From NCBI GenBank assembly GCA_042571085.1, contig JBHPGB010000002.1, positions 6,796 through 70,795 of the forward strand: a stretch of DNA of 64,000 nucleotides, given 5' to 3'. Source of the DNA: Patescibacteria group bacterium (lineage in GTDB: Bacteria; Patescibacteriota; Minisyncoccia; Phycocordibacterales; JBHPGB01). Below the pieces are notes generated by a model. That model did not search any database and was not told where the DNA came from. It worked only from the letters and a program-made list of their open reading frames with translations. The position numbers and the translations under genes were made by a program. Of this stretch, positions 61,358 through 64,000 are shown in pieces. Position 1 is the first letter of the stretch; each line of letters starts with the position of its first letter.

Positions 61358-61991
61358 TTGTCTGCCACCGGCGTAGCCCCTAAAGCAGGGCTCTCAAAGA
61401 GCAGTAGCCGTCTGGAAAACAGCTGAACGAAACGCTTGTTTTCCAGCCGGCTGGCCGCAAACCGCCAAATAACCCAAAACAATGCACGGAGGTGCACATG
61501 GGGCTATCGTATTGTACCTAATGGCGCAATGGATTGTGCCTGAACATCTGGTGTTCTACCAATAAAGGATTCGGTAGATGGTGTTCCTCATCAAGCAAAA
61601 GGGGTTTTCTCTGTCACACTAATAAAGCGCCCGTTCGGTGCTTCGCATCAAGATTGAAAGTCACTTGTTCTTCCGAGAATAAAACTTCAAAACTTAAGCA
61701 AATGCAATTTTTACGACAGTGAAAATCTAGCAGGACCCGCAGACGTCAAAAACGTCCCGGGTCCTTTTATTTTTTACATGGCTGGCGAGCGAAGCTCGCC
61801 AGCCATTTTTGAACTTTTGATTTGATGTTTTGGATTTAATATTGTATACTCTCTCCATTAACAGCGGGATTTTAAGATAACACTTTGTCGTCCACAAAAG
61901 GCAGTTTGACAAAGACTCTTGAGATTATTAACTTATCCGCATAAATTAAGCGGATTTTTTTGTGAAAATAAATGGAGTGGGTATTTGAACA

Positions 61992-62040
61992 TACCCGCCA
62001 AATTTTTCTCTCGACAAACTCGAGAAAACTTAGGCGGGTA
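61992..62040. repeat. palindromic repeat upstream of rpsA
   Basis: TACCCGCC...GGCGGGTA with an internal hairpin. Confidence 0.55.
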
Positions 62041-62080
62041 ATATTTTTCTAAACTCACTTCGTTCATTAAGAAAAATATT

Positions 62081-63220
62081 ATGAGCATAGCAGAAACAAT
62101 AAAAGAAAAAGTTGCTGAAAAAATCGGCAAAAAAGATGACGATGAGAAACAAGCCGAAGTCAAAACAAGTGTAATGACTAAGCATATGGCAGATTTGCCT
62201 AATCCACCAGAAGTTGGTGAATTGGTAGACGGTGTAATCGTTGGATTTGGTCGTGGAGCAGTTTATTTAGACTTACCCCCATTTGGCACAGGTATTATAT
62301 ATGGACGTGAGTACATAAATGCGCGCGATGTTGTTAAAAACAGTAATATCGGCGACATGATAACAGCGAAAGTTGTTGATGTAGAAAGCGAAGATGGATA
62401 TATAGAACTATCTTTGAAAGAAGCGCGCCAGGCACTCATCTGGGGTGAAGCTGAATCAGCAATCAAAAACAAAACTCTTCTTGAACTCCCAGTAAAAGAA
62501 GCAAACAAAGGAGGTCTTATTATTGAATGGCAAGGTATCGCAGGATTCCTTCCAGCATCACAGCTTTCAGCAGAACATTACCCACGCGTAGAAGATGGAG
62601 ATAAAGACAAAATTTTATCTGAATTGCGAAATCTTGTTGGACAAAAAATATCTGTCCTTATGATCAACGCAGATCCAAAAGAAGGAAAGCTTATCTTTTC
62701 TGAAAAAGGAATCGTTGATACAGATAAAACAGAAATTATTGAGAAATATTCTGTTGGTGACGATGTTGATTGTGAAGTTACAGGTATTGTGGACTTCGGT
62801 GTATTCCTTAAGATTGAAGATGGTCTTGAAGGACTTGCGCACATCTCAGAACTTGATTGGGGCTTGGTAGAAGATCCAAAACAGCTCGTAAAAGTTGGAG
62901 AAAAAGTGAAAGCAAGAATAATTGAAATCAAAGACAACAAAATTTCTCTATCAATCAAAGCACTTAAACCAAACCCATGGGAAGGTATCGAAAAGAAATA
63001 CAAGAAAGACGATACTGTGGACGGAGTGGTTATTAAATTCAATAAATACGGTGCGCTCGTATCAATTGAAGAAGGTATTGCTGGTCTAGCACATGTTTCA
63101 GAATTTGGAGATGAAGAAAAATTGAAAGCGGCTCTTGAGCTCGGTAAAACATACAAATTCAAAATCTCTTTGTTTGAACCAAAAGAACATAAGATGACCT
63201 TAAGTCTTCAAGCGGAGTAA
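62081..63220 (+). CDS. rpsA: 30S ribosomal protein S1 (4 S1 domains)
   Basis: NKGGLI...GFLPASQL, DFGVFL...EGLAHISELDW, ISLSIK. Confidence 0.93.
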   Translation: MSIAETIKEKVAEKIGKKDDDEKQAEVKTSVMTKHMADLPNPPEVGELVDGVIVGFGRGAVYLDLPPFGTGIIYGREYINARDVVKNSNIGDMITAKVVDVESEDGYIELSLKEARQALIWGEAESAIKNKTLLELPVKEANKGGLIIEWQGIAGFLPASQLSAEHYPRVEDGDKDKILSELRNLVGQKISVLMINADPKEGKLIFSEKGIVDTDKTEIIEKYSVGDDVDCEVTGIVDFGVFLKIEDGLEGLAHISELDWGLVEDPKQLVKVGEKVKARIIEIKDNKISLSIKALKPNPWEGIEKKYKKDDTVDGVVIKFNKYGALVSIEEGIAGLAHVSEFGDEEKLKAALELGKTYKFKISLFEPKEHKMTLSLQAE

Positions 63221-63230
63221 AGACACGAAA

Positions 63231-63267
63231 AATAAAAAGCGGCTGCCTCTGGCAGCCGCTTTTTATT
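63231..63267. terminator. bidirectional terminator
   Basis: AATAAAAAGCGGCTGCC / GGCAGCCGCTTTTTATT. Confidence 0.8.
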
Positions 63268-63275
63268 GCTTAAAT

Positions 63276-63857
63276 TTAATTAAACTTATTTGCCGCTTTC
63301 TCTCTTCCCTCTTTTATAATCATGTCGATTGCCTGCACAGCTTTTGTGGAGATTTCTTTTACAGCCTCTGCTTCGCGCGCGGTGAACTTTCCAAGTACAA
63401 ATCTTGATTGATCGCGTTGCTTTTTAATTTTTCCGAAAATATTTTTTTGCGCCACACCGATGCGCACGCGTGTGAAATTTTTTGTTCCAATATGTTTAAT
63501 AATTGAATCAATACCATTATGTCCACCTGTTCCCTTCCCGTAAGAAATTTTTATTTCTCCGAGGGGTAAGTACATATCATCGTGCACCACGATAAGATTT
63601 TCTACATCAGCATCAGACTTCACAAAATACTTCACAGACTCGCCAGAATTGTTCATATAATTATCTGGTTCTACAAGCACAGCTTCCTTATTGCCAATCA
63701 TATTTTTTACAACAAGAGATTTTGAATACTTATCTGCACTCCAATCAGAAAATCCACGCGCTTCGCGAATGGCATCAAGAACAACACGGCCAACATTGTG
63801 TCGCGTATCTTCGTATTTTTCTTCTGGATTTCCTAAACCAACGATTGTGTAAGTCAT
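63276..63857 (-). CDS. pth: peptidyl-tRNA hydrolase
   Basis: IVGLGNP...TRHNVG, YMNNSG, VVHDD, GGHNG, RVRIG. Confidence 0.97.
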   Translation of the reverse strand: MTYTIVGLGNPEEKYEDTRHNVGRVVLDAIREARGFSDWSADKYSKSLVVKNMIGNKEAVLVEPDNYMNNSGESVKYFVKSDADVENLIVVHDDMYLPLGEIKISYGKGTGGHNGIDSIIKHIGTKNFTRVRIGVAQKNIFGKIKKQRDQSRFVLGKFTAREAEAVKEISTKAVQAIDMIIKEGREKAANKFN

Positions 63858-64000
63858 ATTAGTACTAGTATACCCAAAGGGCTACCGTTTTGTTCAAATT
63901 TTAATTTGATTACAAAACGCAGTGCTTTAGTGTACAGGTAAAGTATAAAGTATTTAATAAGAATTAGGAAATTAAAATAAAAAAATCAGACCGCCTTTTG

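Noticed and set aside
61160-61720. tmRNA, RNase P RNA or SRP RNA
   Set aside because: No tRNA-like ends with T-loop and CCA, no GAGGAAAGUCC, and no SRP GGAA-loop motif seen by eye. An Rfam scan is still warranted.

Overview
Chromosomal segment of an AT-rich, small-genome bacterium, very likely Patescibacteria/CPR (Parcubacteria-like). This assignment is inferred from a tandem TrbC/VirB2-type pilin array, a cohesin/dockerin surface-protein pair, short RpsA/InfB/DnaX/UvrC/RelA proteins, and no biosynthetic or respiratory genes. Housekeeping genes (ddl, uvrABC, tgt, dnaX, dus, ftsQ, serS, dprA, topA, relA/spoT, parB, ung, clpB, sod, iscS, infB, rbfA, gyrA, rpsA, pth) and seven tRNAs are interspersed with orphans and MITE-like repeats. 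Most notable unexplained structure: (1) an element at the tRNA T-loop made of hairpin + inverted tRNA 3' copy + shared core + direct tRNA 3' copy, with the same core at different tRNAs; (2) a MazF/PemK-like toxin with no adjacent antitoxin gene, facing a promoter-driven small RNA with UUCG and GNRA tetraloops; (3) two paralogous GC-rich promoter/leader/small-peptide cassettes; (4) proteobacterial-looking motility/biofilm regulators (FliA, LapG-like protease, DUF3135-like) carrying -35/-10 plus Shine-Dalgarno signals, whereas core genes look leaderless. All family calls come from motif recognition by eye; no database searches were run.
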